A DNA stretch of 64,000 nucleotides, taken from Ramazzottius varieornatus. Its lineage: Eukaryota; Animalia; Tardigrada. This document shows, one piece after another, positions 1 through 13,344 of this stretch. Numbering within the stretch: the first letter of the stretch is position 1; each line of letters opens with the position of its first letter. A program made the translations under genes and the position numbers. Location: assembly GCA_001949185.1 (NCBI GenBank), contig BDGG01000012.1, positions 1,356,973 to 1,420,972 on the forward strand, in the 5' to 3' direction. The notes beneath the pieces were generated by a model. The model made no database searches, was not told the DNA's origin, and was given only the letters and a program-made list of their open reading frames with translations.

Positions 1-1812
1 AGTGTCCCTCAGAAGATGTCATCGATGTACGTCGGTATCTACTACGCATGCTCGATGTTGGGTCCTGCGGTGGGATACTTGGTCGGGGGGCAGCTCCTGA
101 AGATCTATATTGACTTTGACAGGGTAACTACGTGAGTACGATTCATGCATAAGGTGAATTCGCGATCGCTTGCATTTGCGGAGCGTTCAATTTACGACTC
201 GGTGTGTTGCAGGTGGACTATAACGGGTGATTCTCCAGCTTGGTTGGGCGCCTGGTGGATAGGGTTCCTCGGGATGGGCTGTTTGGCGCTGGTGATAAGC
301 CTTCCCCTGCTGCTGTTTCCATCAGACCTTCCGAACTCTCGAAAGTTTCGAGCTGAGCGGAAGAAAGAGCACCGTTGTTCGCAGGTCGAGGAAAGGTCGG
401 AGTTGCGACGTAGGCTCAGTGAGCTACCTCGAGCACTGAAGAGCCTACTGAGCAACAAGACATTTATGAGCATAAACCTCGCCGCAGCTGCTGATGGTAA
501 GCTAAGTTTCGTCGTTCGTCTTCCTGGATTCGAAGTCCCCAATGAATTCTGCTGGAACAGAGGAACTCATAGAGAATACCGAATAATATACGTTCTTAAT
601 AGCATTTCTGGTAATGGCGTTCTCGACATACGGTCCCAAAATCATTCAGTCGCAGTTCGGCTACTCGGCGTCCACTGCATCGGTCATTATGGGTGCAGTG
701 ACCATTCCGATGGGAGCTGGTGGAATGTTTATCGGTGGCTATCTCGTCAAGCGATTCAACTTGGACTGCCGCGGGATTCTGAAGTTTTGCCTCGTGTGCA
801 GCCTTGCAGCTTTGGCTACGATTTTTGTTTTACTCATCCGGTGTCCAAACGAGAGCTTTGTCGGCGTTAACGTACCGTACAACAGCAGGTCTGCTATGAA
901 TTTTTGCTCTTGGATAATTACTGTTATTCAGAATGGCCGTGATTGTTTGCAGTCAGGGCCAGTTGAGAACGAAGAACCTTGTGGCATCCTGCAATGAAGA
1001 GTGTGACTGTCGGGCTTATCGCTACGACCCAGTCTGCGCTGTGGACACCAATGTGGCTTTCTTGACGCCTTGTCATGCTGGCTGCACAGCAGGAAAGGGA
1101 GGCAATGGGGCTGTGGTAAATCGATCTTCGAGAACACGTACTGGCTGACATTACTTACCGGTGTACTCTTTCATAGGAATTCTTTTCTTGTTCGTGCATC
1201 GGAACACCGTCTGGCCGCGACCCATCATTGCCGGTAGCCAAGAGGGAGTCATGTGCAACAACTTGTTCCAACTTGCACTACATCTTTCTGACGTTCTTCG
1301 CCCTTGTGATACTCTTCACTTTCCTGAGTGGTATTCCCGCAGTCAGCGCCACTCTTCGATGTGTTGAAGATGCTCAGCGACCATTCGCTATGGGCGTCCA
1401 ATGGATCGTAGTTCGTGCCTTAGGTAAGGCCCCAAACTAGTATTTTTATCGTTCAAATATTACTTCAGGACGTTCTACTTTTCGAGTTTTAGGCTCCATT
1501 CCTGGACCGTTGTCGATGGGTGCGCTGATCGACACAGTCTGCCTGTACTGGCAGAAGGATCCGTGTGGTTCTTCGGAGAATGACGGCAGGTGTCTCGTCT
1601 ACGACAATACCAACATGAGCAACGCGGTCTTCGCCGTGGCCGTCATCTGTAAAATCATGGCCACCGCTTTTTTCTTTTTGGGGTGGTGGCTGTACAGACC
1701 TCCTCTGGAGGAGGCAGCTGCAGACATGAAAGAGAACGCCAGCGATGCTACGCTGACCAATAGACAGTACGGCGTATCCACCACTTCTGTCCAGAGTATC
1801 CATGTGGATTAG
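1..1812 (+). CDS. Organic anion transporting polypeptide (OATP/SLCO family), 3' part; multi-exon, 5' end outside window
   Basis: Spliced reading gives MLGPAVGYLVGG, WLGAWWIGF, a Kazal-like CNEECDC..YDPVC..PCHAGC loop, LRCVEDAQRPFAMGVQW..RALGSIPGP and GALIDTVCLYW..CLVYDN. GT-AG introns include 132-212 and 497-602; stop TAG 1810-1812. Confidence 0.93.
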
Positions 1813-2347
1813 TTCCCGGTTCGACTGGAATCTCACATTTTGTATGGCAATAATTTTACGGAATCTCAGGAAATCGAATCTACAATCTTTTTTCAAGTTT
1901 TCGAAAAGAGTATTCTAACTGGTTTTTTAACTGATTTTAAAAATCTTGATTTAATGTCCACATTTGTGTGCGAATTTGTGGAATTTTTTGAATCATGTAC
2001 GACCACTCGAAAGTTTCATATTTGTTATTCAGTCAGAACCAAAGATCTTTCGCAGTCACATTTCGACACTGAATGAGCAATGGGTGGGTTTCACGACAGA
2101 TTTGATAACCATTGTAGCTTGTCCGACCTTTGAAACACCTGTTCTAGTCATAGTTCGCGACCTCGAGTATCTGGGTGAATGTCACCGGATTTTACTACTG
2201 TTTGCACTTCGCCGTGGTGGATTCGTTCGACAACAACAACCCTATGTTCTCGTCGTGCATTCGAGCAGCTCAATAGCTAAGTGTGAATTTCACAGGGAGT
2301 CTCTGTACGAGAAGCTAGTATTATTCTAATTCCGGCAGATAGTCGAC

Positions 2348-3319
2348 ATGGGAGACTCCACCATGTTTTATACACCGGTCCTCGGGGATGAGGACGTTGT
2401 GGACGGAAAGCCGGAAGTAGTTATAACAGTGACTACTCCTCCATTGACGCTAGATTTCACTAAAGCCGGTAACCTACATGACGATGGAATCTCGCTGGAA
2501 CCACTCCGTCGACGAGCGCAAACTTGGACCAAAGGCGATCGGACCGGAGATGACGTGAGGGACAGCATTGCCTTGGAAAGAACAGCTCGCTTGGTTCGTA
2601 CCGGGTAGAAGTGACACCTTCCTAGATCCGACTGCCGATTTGACCATTTTATGCTGGTACTTCATCTGTCCGTTGGTGTTTAGAGGAAGGTATCACTAAC
2701 TGACGTGCTGGACGCCAAATCGGAGATTCCGGATCTTCGGACTGGACGGTACAACGCGAAGAAAAACATTGTTCAAGGTAACCCGCCCCGATGGCCACAA
2801 TTTGTCCCTGCCTTCATCATGCTGTTGTTCGTAGGACTTCTGGATATTGCTTTGTTGACTGCTAACGCTAGTCAGTTGAAGAACCTTGTAGAAACAGAGA
2901 ACCATCCCTTCTTCACACCAGTGTTCGCACTGCTTCTTATCTCGATCGCTGTGCAGGTGAGGCTATCACATGACTTCGCGGGGTAGAACGCATTACTTGA
3001 TCTGTCCTTCTTCTAGGTAGCAGTTGCCGTGCTAATGTTGGTAGTGGCTCGTCTCGAATGGGACGAAGATCTAGATTCAGACAAACAGCAGAAGAAGCGG
3101 AATTATCGTGCGGCTATTGTTCTGAATGATATTTCGACCGTGGGGGTGTTCGTTATCACCATCGTCAACATTTTCATTGCTTCTTTCATCAGCCACGGAA
3201 AGGCTTACGTCCCCACTACCGATCCTAAAGCACGATGGGATGAGAGAGTACTCCAGCAAAAGACCTGGCTCTCCGCATCATCCAGAGGCGCGACGAACTG
3301 GACCGTCGGTAGTCCTTGA
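2348..3319 (+). CDS. Ninjurin family protein
   Basis: YNAKKNIVQG/LLDIALLTANASQLK motif, TM1 FALLLISIAVQV and TM2 LNDISTVGVFVITIVNIFIASF. About 4 exons; the 57-nt intron 2778-2834 is in frame. Confidence 0.9.
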
Positions 3320-3766
3320 GGTCCTAATCTCCTTTCTCGTGACCTAACGAACTACAACCCCGGCAAAGCATGATTTCTCGTGGGACGAAACGTCCTAGAG
3401 TACACCAAACAACGCACGTAGAAGACAACGTGGCCTGCGCGTAAAAGAGGACTCCCATTCAACTGTGTCGAGAGGCTTTAAAAGTTTAGGATCGGTCACT
3501 CTTGTCGACTGTCGTATGTTCAAAAGCACCAAACACAGCAAACATTTCAAGTCTTCGGATCCTTAACCTTCCGATCATATTTTATGTAGATTGTTAATAT
3601 CCGGATAAGAATCAACAAAAAGCCGCCTGGAATACAATCGTTGAAAAGCAACAAATCCAAAACGCAATGTGCCATTCATCACTTTGAGAACATTACGCGG
3701 CCAAATCATAGCGAAAGTCCGAGGTTTCAAAAAGACAGTACAGAATTACTCTATCGTACCATTGTG

Positions 3767-4505
3767 CTAAGCGGAAGCATCTCCCTTTGCGGTATCACCG
3801 CCCGCAGAAGTGCCGGTCACGGAAGCTTCTGATGTAATCGAGCTTGCCATGTTGGCCCGTTTGGTGGTCTGCTGTTCTTCGCTAGCAGACGAGGCTACGC
3901 CGCCACCATCAGCTCGATCCTCACGTTCCTGCGCTCGTTCAAGGAACCTGGCCAACCACTCTAGAGGCTTCTCCGGACGCGTCCGAGCCAGTTCGGACAT
4001 ACCGTTCAGCAATGTTGGCACGACAGTCTCATCGAGGTAATTTCTTGTGGACAAGTTCTTCAGTTCCTCGGCAGTCTTTCGCTTTCGTCGTGGACTAAGG
4101 CCGAATGTTCCATTGGCCAGTTCCTCTCGCACTACAAGAGAGAAAGTTTGCTGAGTACAAGATGCGGATCGCGGAATCTTTCACGAAATATAAGTTAGGT
4201 ACGATCTTACTGATGCCACGAGCCTGGTCGTATTTCGCTGCGTCTTCTGCGCTGACGGCCCTCTCCTCCTTGGGCTCAGCTTGACTGTTTATGGTTGCGG
4301 AACTGCTGTCGAGGTCTGTGCTATTCTCGCGTTGGGACTTATCATCTGTTCCATCTGTCCCATCAGTGTCCGAGGTGTCCATGATTTCCGTACCGTTGCC
4401 ATTCGCAGCCGCGTCGTCGCCGTCCTGTGGGGCGGTGATGGTATCGTGATGGTGTATCAGAGTCGTAGCGGTGTCAGTTTCTTCTTGATTTACTGAAGTT
4501 GCCAT
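3767..4505 (-). CDS. DPY30: Dpy-30 homologue (COMPASS subunit) with acidic disordered N-terminus
   Basis: STRNYLDETVVPTLLNGMSELARTRPEKPLEWLARFL Dpy-30 motif; ATG 4505; intron 4132-4210. Confidence 0.85.
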
Positions 4506-5124
4506 ATTCCTGTACTTGTTGGTCCGTGCGAAGTAAACTTGCAAGAACAGAAGATGCTGCGGAAGATGAAATCTTGGAATGATATCTTCTGAGCTGAAGT
4601 CTGAAAGAAGTATTCGCGTATTCGCAATGTCGGAAATGACAACTGTCTTGTCTGGAAGAACGATTGATCCAAGTGAATTATTGATTGACCTTTGCCAGTA
4701 ATGTTCCAGTGGAAACTGGAAACACTGGAACGGAGTGGTATTCCATCGAAGAGGAGCGGATAAAAAACTTTTGTGACGGAACGGGTTTAGCAAAGACTCT
4801 ATGGAGCACAAGTGGCGGGAATATGGCATTCGCTCTCCTTGGAGCGTTCCCGTTCCGTATTTGGAAATTCAACTTGCAAAGTGGAAATTACACTGGGTAG
4901 TGGGTAAGAAGTGGAACATCGGTCGACTTCGCAAATAATTTTCTTCGCCAGATTTTCTTGCGTAGTTCGTCCTTTTTATGGTTCGTCCTATGCTCGCGTA
5001 TTCTTGAATCTCGAATTTTTGCTACAAACTATCCAGCGTTAGGTGCCAAGGACTGCGTTGAGGATCCGAACACCCACTACAAGCAAACGGGACTTCTGTT
5101 GGACAACGCGAACACGGGAGAAAG

Positions 5125-6301
5125 ATGGAAGGAGGACACAAAGTCGTCAAATGGCTCATGTTTATCTTCAACCTCCTTTTCTGGGTAATCAACGCTGGCA
5201 GCTACCCGTAGTCCGCATGCTTTCTCAGAGCATCTGGGCGAGCTCAGACACTTTGTCGTTAGCCTTGGAGGAGTCGAAAGTCGTCAGAGAAAGCTTGATC
5301 GTACTGCTCGCGCCATTCACAATACGCCTTCGGCGATGTTCTAGACAGGACTATCGAATATGGAAATGTTTCATTCTACAGTTATTTACGAGTTTCTTTA
5401 CAGGTCTCCGGAATCGGATTAATCATCGCAGGCGCGGTTGCCCAAACAGCCTACAAGCCTTACTTATCCTTCCTGGTACGCGAGTGACGACAATTTGTTG
5501 ATTTTGTAACTAAAGAACAACGAGGAGACGCTACTTCCGTGTCCATGACGTTTGAATCCAGTGTCTTTCCAGGATAGCACATACGTCTCGGCTCCTGTTC
5601 TTCTGATAGTCGTGGGTAAGAACAACGTGAAGTCTAAAGTTTACTAGGCGGCTACGGATTTCTAATCCCGTTACCTTATCATGTCCATGCAGGTGCCGTC
5701 GTGACGATTATCGCCTTCTTCGGCTGCTGTGGCTCCTCGAAGGAAAGCTATGGTCTTCTTATGACCTTCGCCGTACTTCTGGGCATTATCTTCGTCGTAG
5801 AACTGGCTGGTGGAGTCGTCGGGTACCTCGAGCGTGGACGCGTCGAATCCTACCTGGAACGGAACATGCGGGATAAATTCGCTAGCTTCAACGACACAAC
5901 GGATATGGCGCTGTGGAATAACATGCAAAAGAACCTCAAGTGTTGTGGTATGTTCACCTACGAGGAATGGCTGGTCAACCACACAGCCGTAGTTCCAGCT
6001 GGCTGCTGCAAAGTTCCAGCATGTGATCGAAACGAGACGGCGCTGTTGACTTGTTCGCCTCAGACGCAAGTTGAGACTTGCCCAATCTACACTCAAGGTT
6101 CGATCTTAGTTTCACGTTCGTCCTTTCAGAACTAACCTTGGATGTTTCCTAGGTTGTGCTCCAATTTTAAGACAGCGTATGGAGAACAACATCGCCACGA
6201 TCGGAGGAGTGGGCATTGGTATCGCGTTCATACAGCTAATTGGCATCGCCATGTCGTGTTTCTTGGCTATGCGAATTCGCAAAGGATATACCTACGCATA
6301 G
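5125..6301 (+). CDS. Tetraspanin (CD63-like)
   Basis: MEGGHKVVKWLMFIFNLLFW, IAFFGCCG..KE, EC2 LKCCG..PAGCC..C..GC and four TM helices; about 5 exons; stop TAG 6299-6301. Confidence 0.93.
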
Positions 6302-7480
6302 AAAAGCTCCTGTTAGATTCTCCCAGTCTTCCGTTAGATGGATCTTTGAGTTTCTCAGCAACTTCCGCGTGTGAAAAGTATTTAGCTTTGGTCTTCGTTT
6401 GTCTTGCCCAGTGTTTGGACCTTGTGGAAGGTTCGCCGTGTTGTTGACGGTCAAATGTGATTTAGTTCTACAGAATTCTCTCCGAATTTTAGACAGTGTA
6501 CCTTGGCTTAGTTGCATCATTCCACAACCTGATTTTGTTTTAGCACCGCAGCGTGTTCGCTGTTTTGGTCTTGAGGTCTTAGCGTATGCTTTGTGCGGCC
6601 ATCAAGTGAAATTTACGGCATATTTACGATAAACTGCAGCGGATAAGGTAGTCAGGTTGCCCTAAACGTGTGAGTACAGTAGCTGCCAAGAAATTCAAAA
6701 GAATATCGATGTGGGCCCCCATACGTATCGGGCAATTGCGATCGATAGCTCCACGCGCAGTTTGATCACAAGGTAGAAAGATGACACCAAGTCGTGTTAT
6801 CCATACGAATGGTCTTCAGTCATTTAGAAGCCGCACAGGCGCGACCGATCAGATTCAAGCAGTTCGACCAAAATGCGTTCAAAGTTCTCCGGCAGCGTCC
6901 TCGATACCTCGACCGCACGCACCCACTGTCAACAATCACTGTCGTACCAGACCTACCGTTGGCGTCATACGTTGTCGATAGCAAAAAATGTGGAAGTGCG
7001 ACAGCCATGTCGGACAGAGATGCTCTTACCCAGAAACTCAAAATAGTTCACACGTCAGAGATATCTGGATATTTAGATCACAAAAACGGAGATAGCGCGA
7101 TGACAAGGGAGGTGGGCGTACGCATATAGAGAGCAATAAATACATGGGAAGATAATAGACACAAGAACGAAGAGAATTCTTCGAGCTGATGCCGAGAACA
7201 ATGAGGTGTAGAACTAACTATGTGTCTAACAGATTTCATGAAAAAATCAAATTGTGGAGTGAGAGCTACAAAGCTTTGAAAATCGGAGCAGGCGCAGAAT
7301 CCGATAGCTGCAGTACGCGTACATACAGTAACAATTTCCGGCTGATTAACTACGAGTCTACGACCCAATATTTCTTTCATTCGGGCGAAAATGGCTAGAA
7401 GACCTTACGTGAAGCTCCTTGTTGGTTATGGGTGGTGTCGAAAATAATGACTTGTGAAGATTATTCAGGGAAATCCGGGT

Positions 7481-8176
7481 TCACGTCCTAGTTGGAGCAG
7501 CATTGGCTGGTGTCGCTCCCGTGCTTCCTCCGCAACAGCTACTCTTGGCTTCCACATTCTGAGCCGCAGTATTAACATTCACCGTCTGTCCAGGGTTACG
7601 CGATCCCGCTGGATCCGTCTTGGGTAGTTTCTTTGCGATGGCCAAGAAGATATCGTTGACATTCATCGCTGTCTTGGCGGAAGTCTCCATGAAGAGCAGT
7701 CCTTGTTCTTCAGCGTAACTCTGGGCTTCTTCGTACTCCACCATGCGTTTGTTAGCTAGGTCTGCCTTGTTGCCTGCTAGCGAAATGACAATGTTAGGAT
7801 TAGCTTGGCGCTGAAGCTCACGTACCCAAGCTTTGGCCTTGTTGAAGGACTCGTGATTGGTAATGTCGTAGACAATGATGGCTGCTTGTGCTCCACGGTA
7901 GTACATGGGCGCTAAGCTGTGATAGCGCTCCTGCCCAGCAGTGTCCCAAATCTCAAACTTGACAGTCGTTTCGTCCAGGCAGACGGTTTGGGTCAGGAAT
8001 GCGGCACCGATGGTGCTCTCTTGATAATCATGGAAATGACCTTTTACGAAACGGAGAACCAGACTGCTCTTTCCCACCGCTGCTTCACCTAGTAGCACCA
8101 GCTTGAACTGGAAAATCTTGCCAGCAGATGGGACAGCTCCTCCACCTCCAGTGCTCGTTCGCGCAGCAGTCGCCAT
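7481..8176 (-). CDS. Rab5: Rab5 small GTPase (single coding exon)
   Basis: [25 protein letters not shown] effector loop, [25 protein letters not shown] and ETSAK. Confidence 0.97.
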   Translation of the reverse strand: MATAARTSTGGGGAVPSAGKIFQFKLVLLGEAAVGKSSLVLRFVKGHFHDYQESTIGAAFLTQTVCLDETTVKFEIWDTAGQERYHSLAPMYYRGAQAAIIVYDITNHESFNKAKAWVRELQRQANPNIVISLAGNKADLANKRMVEYEEAQSYAEEQGLLFMETSAKTAMNVNDIFLAIAKKLPKTDPAGSRNPGQTVNVNTAAQNVEAKSSCCGGSTGATPANAAPTRT

Positions 8177-9392
8177 CCTACAACATATATGAACACGTGA
8201 TCAATATTCAGAACTAATCAATCCATTGAGCAGTTTCGGGCATAAGCACTGATGTTTCGTCTCCGTCGATCAATCTACCTAGCTTCTTCAAGCTTGCCCA
8301 ACTGTCAAGACAAGGAGCACGGGATTACTGAACATAGCATCCGTCAAGCCAAGTTCAAGTGGTGCTGTAGTAGTAAAACTGTAACACGATACGGAGAATC
8401 GAAAAAACACCAACAGAGCAATGAGGTCAGTCCTTACCTTCTTCGTCTGCAAAATGAAGTCTTTTAAATCCTTCTTACAGCCCAATAAGCCCAATTCAGT
8501 CCAGATTTCAGATGCTCTACAGCATGTGAATTGAGTTCGAGGTGGATCCGCACAGGCGTATTTTCATGAACGGGAAGAAAACCAAGAAATAGTTCGATGC
8601 GATGGTTCACAGTTCACACTGCGCGAGTTTGGATCAACAATGCACGGTGTTTGTGGAGGATGAGTCATTCATTCAGTTAAGTGTGACCGTCTCTTCGAAA
8701 CCGCGTGTCGCAGCCTCGCTTCGATACATCCGCTTCGCTTTCATAAGCTTTCACGGTATACGCCCACTGGATGCAACTTCCGGCGAGCGCCTTTTCCTAC
8801 ACTGTACCAGTGCCTATTCACTATTCATCAATTAAACAATGGACAGGCTCTGTCTATACATCCATCACCTACTGCTTCAAGCTCCCTTTTCTTGGTTCCT
8901 GAACTGAAAACACTTGTCTCCTTTCCTCTAAAACAAATCGTAAGCTCAGACGTAAGTTAGCAAAACCCTTGAGATATGCACTAGAAGGAAGGTGGGGCGG
9001 ACGTAGTGTTAAAGAGTCTATTTGACGTACTATTATCAAGCAATCAGTCACTCACAGCAATGCTCTGTGGGTATTTTCACGCCGGCTACCTCGTCATGCT
9101 CTTGAGGAGCTCGTAAAATTTAATGATATATATGCGCTGTTTTCTTGTTCGGATGCCAGAATCAATAACAAAGCATACGATGACCAATCGCTTAAAAACA
9201 GGAAAGGCAGGGTCAACCGGAAAGGTGCGCAAATTTCGTAAAACTGATTCGTCGAATATCACCTGAAAATCATTAGATATAAGCAATTATACCGTGCAAG
9301 GAAGGCAGAAAACAAAACAACTTAACAGTGGGAAAATGTTTTTCCTAATGTAAAACTGGTTCTTGCAGTGTCCATCCAACATCCCAACTAAG

Positions 9393-10607
9393 TTACAGTT
9401 CGTCGTGTCCAACAGTGGTGTCCAGTGAGCTCGGACGAATGTAAACTCCTTCCGCCACTTCCCAAAAACTCCCTGAGCTAGACGAGTAATGAGCACATAT
9501 TTCATACTGACCGGCGATCTGTAAACACGAATCCATCACAGCAAAGCCTAAATACGGCGATTAGGGGTACTGATGAGATCGAACTGACCGGTCGTCCAAA
9601 TGTTTGACCTGTCATATGCAGGAAGTGTCCTGTGTCGACATGCTGGAATCTCACGGCTGCGTCGCGTGGCCAGAAATCGTCGTCACAGTGAAGCTTCCAG
9701 TTGTCGCCTATATACGAAAAGAAAACTTGCACACGGAATCTCTGCAGTTCGAAATAACTTAGAACCTCGAAAAGCAGGACCAACCAGTGTCACTCTGTCC
9801 TTCGTCGCCGAAGGCGCTGACTTCCTGGTTGTTTGAGAGCGGTGAGGAAAACAAGTGACTGTGAAGGTACTTTCCCGTCGCCATATGCTGTAACCTGATA
9901 ACCGTTCCGCAACGAATGGGCTCCCTGAAGAAGACAATCATCAATACTGACATCGTGATACGACTGTGTCGCTGCAGCTCAAAGGATGAGAACGTCACAT
10001 ACCCACGATTACAAGATGTCGAATACGCCGGCTTGACCGTCCAGTAGCTATTGTGATCGGTTTTCAGTTTCATTCCCGTAACGGACTAGAGGAAGAAAAG
10101 GAGAGAAGTCTACGGTGAAGGGTCCTCAGCTTGGCGGTTCGAGTTCGAATATGGATTCAAGCGGCATATAAGATAAAATTTCACAGAAGTGACAGGTGCA
10201 CTTGCCGTGTTTTATACCTGTTGACCACTGCCAGATCCGTAACGCACGTCATGGGAATGCAGTCGACCATCGTGGACGTTATTCCTTAGCTTTATCACGC
10301 TTCCGCAGGTTACATGGTTCAACTGAGATCCTGCGACAAGAAAACTTGATTAACAAATTTCACCATAATGGTTCACGTGGGAACTGCACTACTACCCCTG
10401 CAGTCGCACTACCACTCGCGCTACCACTGTCTCGAGTGGAACATCGAACCCCTGGTTCTTCCGAGATTGACTGCCCATTGGTTGACACTGTCGGTTTTAA
10501 GCAGCGAAGAGTTTTACTGTGTCCGTACCGTTCGTGAGGGAAGAGAAGAGCGAGATCCAGGTCAGCAGGAATGATGTGACATACGATCGACAGTTTGCCA
10601 TATCCAT
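9393..10607 (-). CDS. SDF2: Stromal cell-derived factor 2 / SDF2L1 (MIR-domain ER protein)
   Basis: Signal peptide exon, then VTCGSVIKL..RLHSHDVRYGSGSGQQSVTG, LHSHLFSSPLSNNQEVSAFG and DTGDNW; C-terminal HDEL before TAA 9393-9395. Confidence 0.93.
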
Positions 10608-11009
10608 TCCGACGCGAAAAGGGTGCAGCACCTTGCAGACAACAGCACAAAGTTCGGGCTTCTTCGGCTTCCAGTAAAACAGGGAAGATGATGGGACTCA
10701 GCAAGACACGTGTGAAACAATCGTTCGTCGATTTCTTATCACAGAAAATAATTATTGATTTATACGTGCCCAGGTGACCACGCGCACCAGGCTGTCGGCA
10801 ATCAAGTCAGCGCCTAATCAATCAAGGTCGTTATAGTGATGCATTTGCAGTAGCTATCGCAATCTCCATATTATAAGTACTGAAAAGGTTCAATTATTTC
10901 AGTTTTTCGTTTTTTAACTGGAAGCTGATCGCGATTGCTGGAGAAATTTGTCTGCCTGTTCTTTCATCCCCGCTTTGAAGCTCTTTGCTATATACCTACT
11001 CTTCGAACC

Positions 11010-13344
11010 ATGTTTAAGAGACCGCTCAAGATAAAGAGCCAGAGCTCAGTGAAGAAGACAGAAAGGTAAGTGTACAACCGTCCTGATAAGCTGTATATAC
11101 GCAATTATAGTACAGCAATAATTACGCTCTCACACATGTTCCTGTTACAGGAAATCGCTATTTGGAACACTGTCGCTGACGTACAAGGCTCTCGCCGACG
11201 GGGAGAAGATCCGACTATTGTTTCCAGATGGAGAGGAGATCAAGATACTGAATGTTTCTCTCGCACAACCAGCTGCTACAACATCAGGACCATCAAAGAA
11301 CGACAAACCTTCCATCGACTCTTTCACCATATACTGCGATGGAACGAACCAGCCCTTGTTTTTCGCCTTTGATGTGCCGAAGACTACAGAGAAAACTTTC
11401 GAGAGAATCATACTTCCCACGGTATACGCCTTGTGGAAAGTTCCGAACCTGCTGCGGCTGTCGTTCGCTACGATACCTGACGTCATCACGAAGATGCAGA
11501 ATGGTGCGGATCTGATGCTCGCTGGAACAACGGTACCAGAATCCACGAGACAGTCTGTCGAGAGCGCTGAGAGTACTAGACCGTTCGGCTATGCTTCCGT
11601 ATTAGCGATAGGAAATAACATCCCCATTGGTGTTGGACAGTTGCTGATGGGACGGGAAGAACTTGCAGAGAGACTGGCGATTGGGGGAGAAATGAAAGGC
11701 CGTGTTTTGAAAGCGCTTCATACAGCCGGAGACGAACTGTGGGCTCTGGGTGACAAGTCGGGACCTCGGGACGACTCGCCGAGCATTGAACCTTCTAACA
11801 CATCGAATACCGTGGCAAGTGAAGCCGCAGCGCAACCCATCGCGACATCGTCGGACGGGGATGCGGAAGTCACAGCTGCGGACATGAATGAGCAAGAAAG
11901 CGGATCGACGAAACAGCAAGAAAGCGGCGAACCGATAACCGAAGGTATTGGTAGGTCTACCTTCGAAATAGGTGGACAGGTTTCTTTCGATGCATAATAT
12001 CTTTGCAGAATCGCCAGACAATCTCCTCACAAGGTCTTTCCTAACTACGTTAAAATCCAATGCCCTTCCCGAGAAATATCCGATGCTCGACAGCATCCTC
12101 AACGCTCTTATGCTCGTGACAAGGTATTACTTCCGTCAAAGAACATACTTCCGAGTTGATCAATTACGCGATAAAACTATTGGAATGTGTGTTTGCTTTA
12201 GCCGGCGACTTTCATCAAATCCGATGGACATTAAGCAGACATCCTTCAGAAAGTTCTCCACGTTTCTCAAGCACATGGAAACACAGAAGGTTTTGACTCT
12301 CGTGAAAGTAAAAGAAGGCGTTCAGGCTGTGGACAGCGTAGTATGGAAACACCCACTGCAAGTTTTGTGTTATCTTCATCGAGCAAGCCCTTTTTGAAGT
12401 GGACGCTCTTTTATTGCAGGTTCGATGGTATAATAGAACTGCCTTACGAACCAACAGAATCGTCACACAAGTCTCTCCGAATACCCTCTTCCGTCCGGCA
12501 AGTATACATAGTAAATGGAAAGACTCTACCGTTGTTCTCAGCGGTCAGTCCGGACATAAGGTATGCCTCAATCGTATACTTTAATGATCGTATACTGCGC
12601 GAGAAAGTCACACTGCGTACAGAATATGAAGGTACATGTTTGCAGAAAAGGGTACGAATTCCGGTCCACTGATGATTTGAAGGCTTTAGTCAGTCAATAC
12701 ATCAAGTCACGCGACCTCATGTCGAAGACGGACAAAGGTATCATCAATTTGGATCCACTGTTGGTGGACCTGGTGATGAATAAGTCCATGAGGTTCCAGG
12801 GGGAGTGGCCCATGAAGTGGGGTGAGCTGTTCGATAAGTGAGTCTGCCTTTCACTCTGTTGCAATAAAACCATCGTTCAACTATGGGTAAGGGTTTTGGT
12901 TGAAGGATATTGAAAGAGATGTCGACAACCCACGAAGTTGTCTTCACGAACGGTGCATCGGTGGAGCTCAAAGGCAACCTTGTTCCATTGGAAGTCAAAG
13001 TGGAGAAGAAGGCCGGAAATAAACTGGTGACAGTCATCCGGAACCTGGAAGGTCTTGGGATGGACCCACAGGAGATAGCTCGAGAGCTTCAAAAGATGGT
13101 AGGGGCGACCGTCGGAGTGCGCGAAGAAGGGGGCGCGCAGAAGACTGCTCACTGCGTTACTATTCAAGGAGACCAAACCAAGCTTTTGGACAAGTTCTTT
13201 TTCCGTAAGTATAGTGTTTTTCGCATAGTCTCACGATCGCAAATGGGTACCTGAGTTCAGTTGAATCGTATTTGAATTACAGAGATCGTGTCCATACCTA
13301 AGAAATTCGTGACAGGACTGGATAAGCCGGGAAAGAAAGGGTAA
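11010..13344 (+). CDS. EIF2D: Eukaryotic translation initiation factor 2D (ligatin; PUA, SWIB and SUI1 domains)
   Basis: MFKRPLKIKSQSSVKKTERK start, PTVYALWKVP..NGADLMLAG PUA domain, DIKQTSFRKFSTFL, SWIB INLDPLL and SUI1 GNKLVTVIRNLE..IQGDQ; stop TAA 13342-13344. Confidence 0.92.

Noticed and set aside
6781-7400. Overlapping short ORFs between tetraspanin and Rab5
   Set aside because: Most likely 3' UTR sequence of convergent genes; no motifs.
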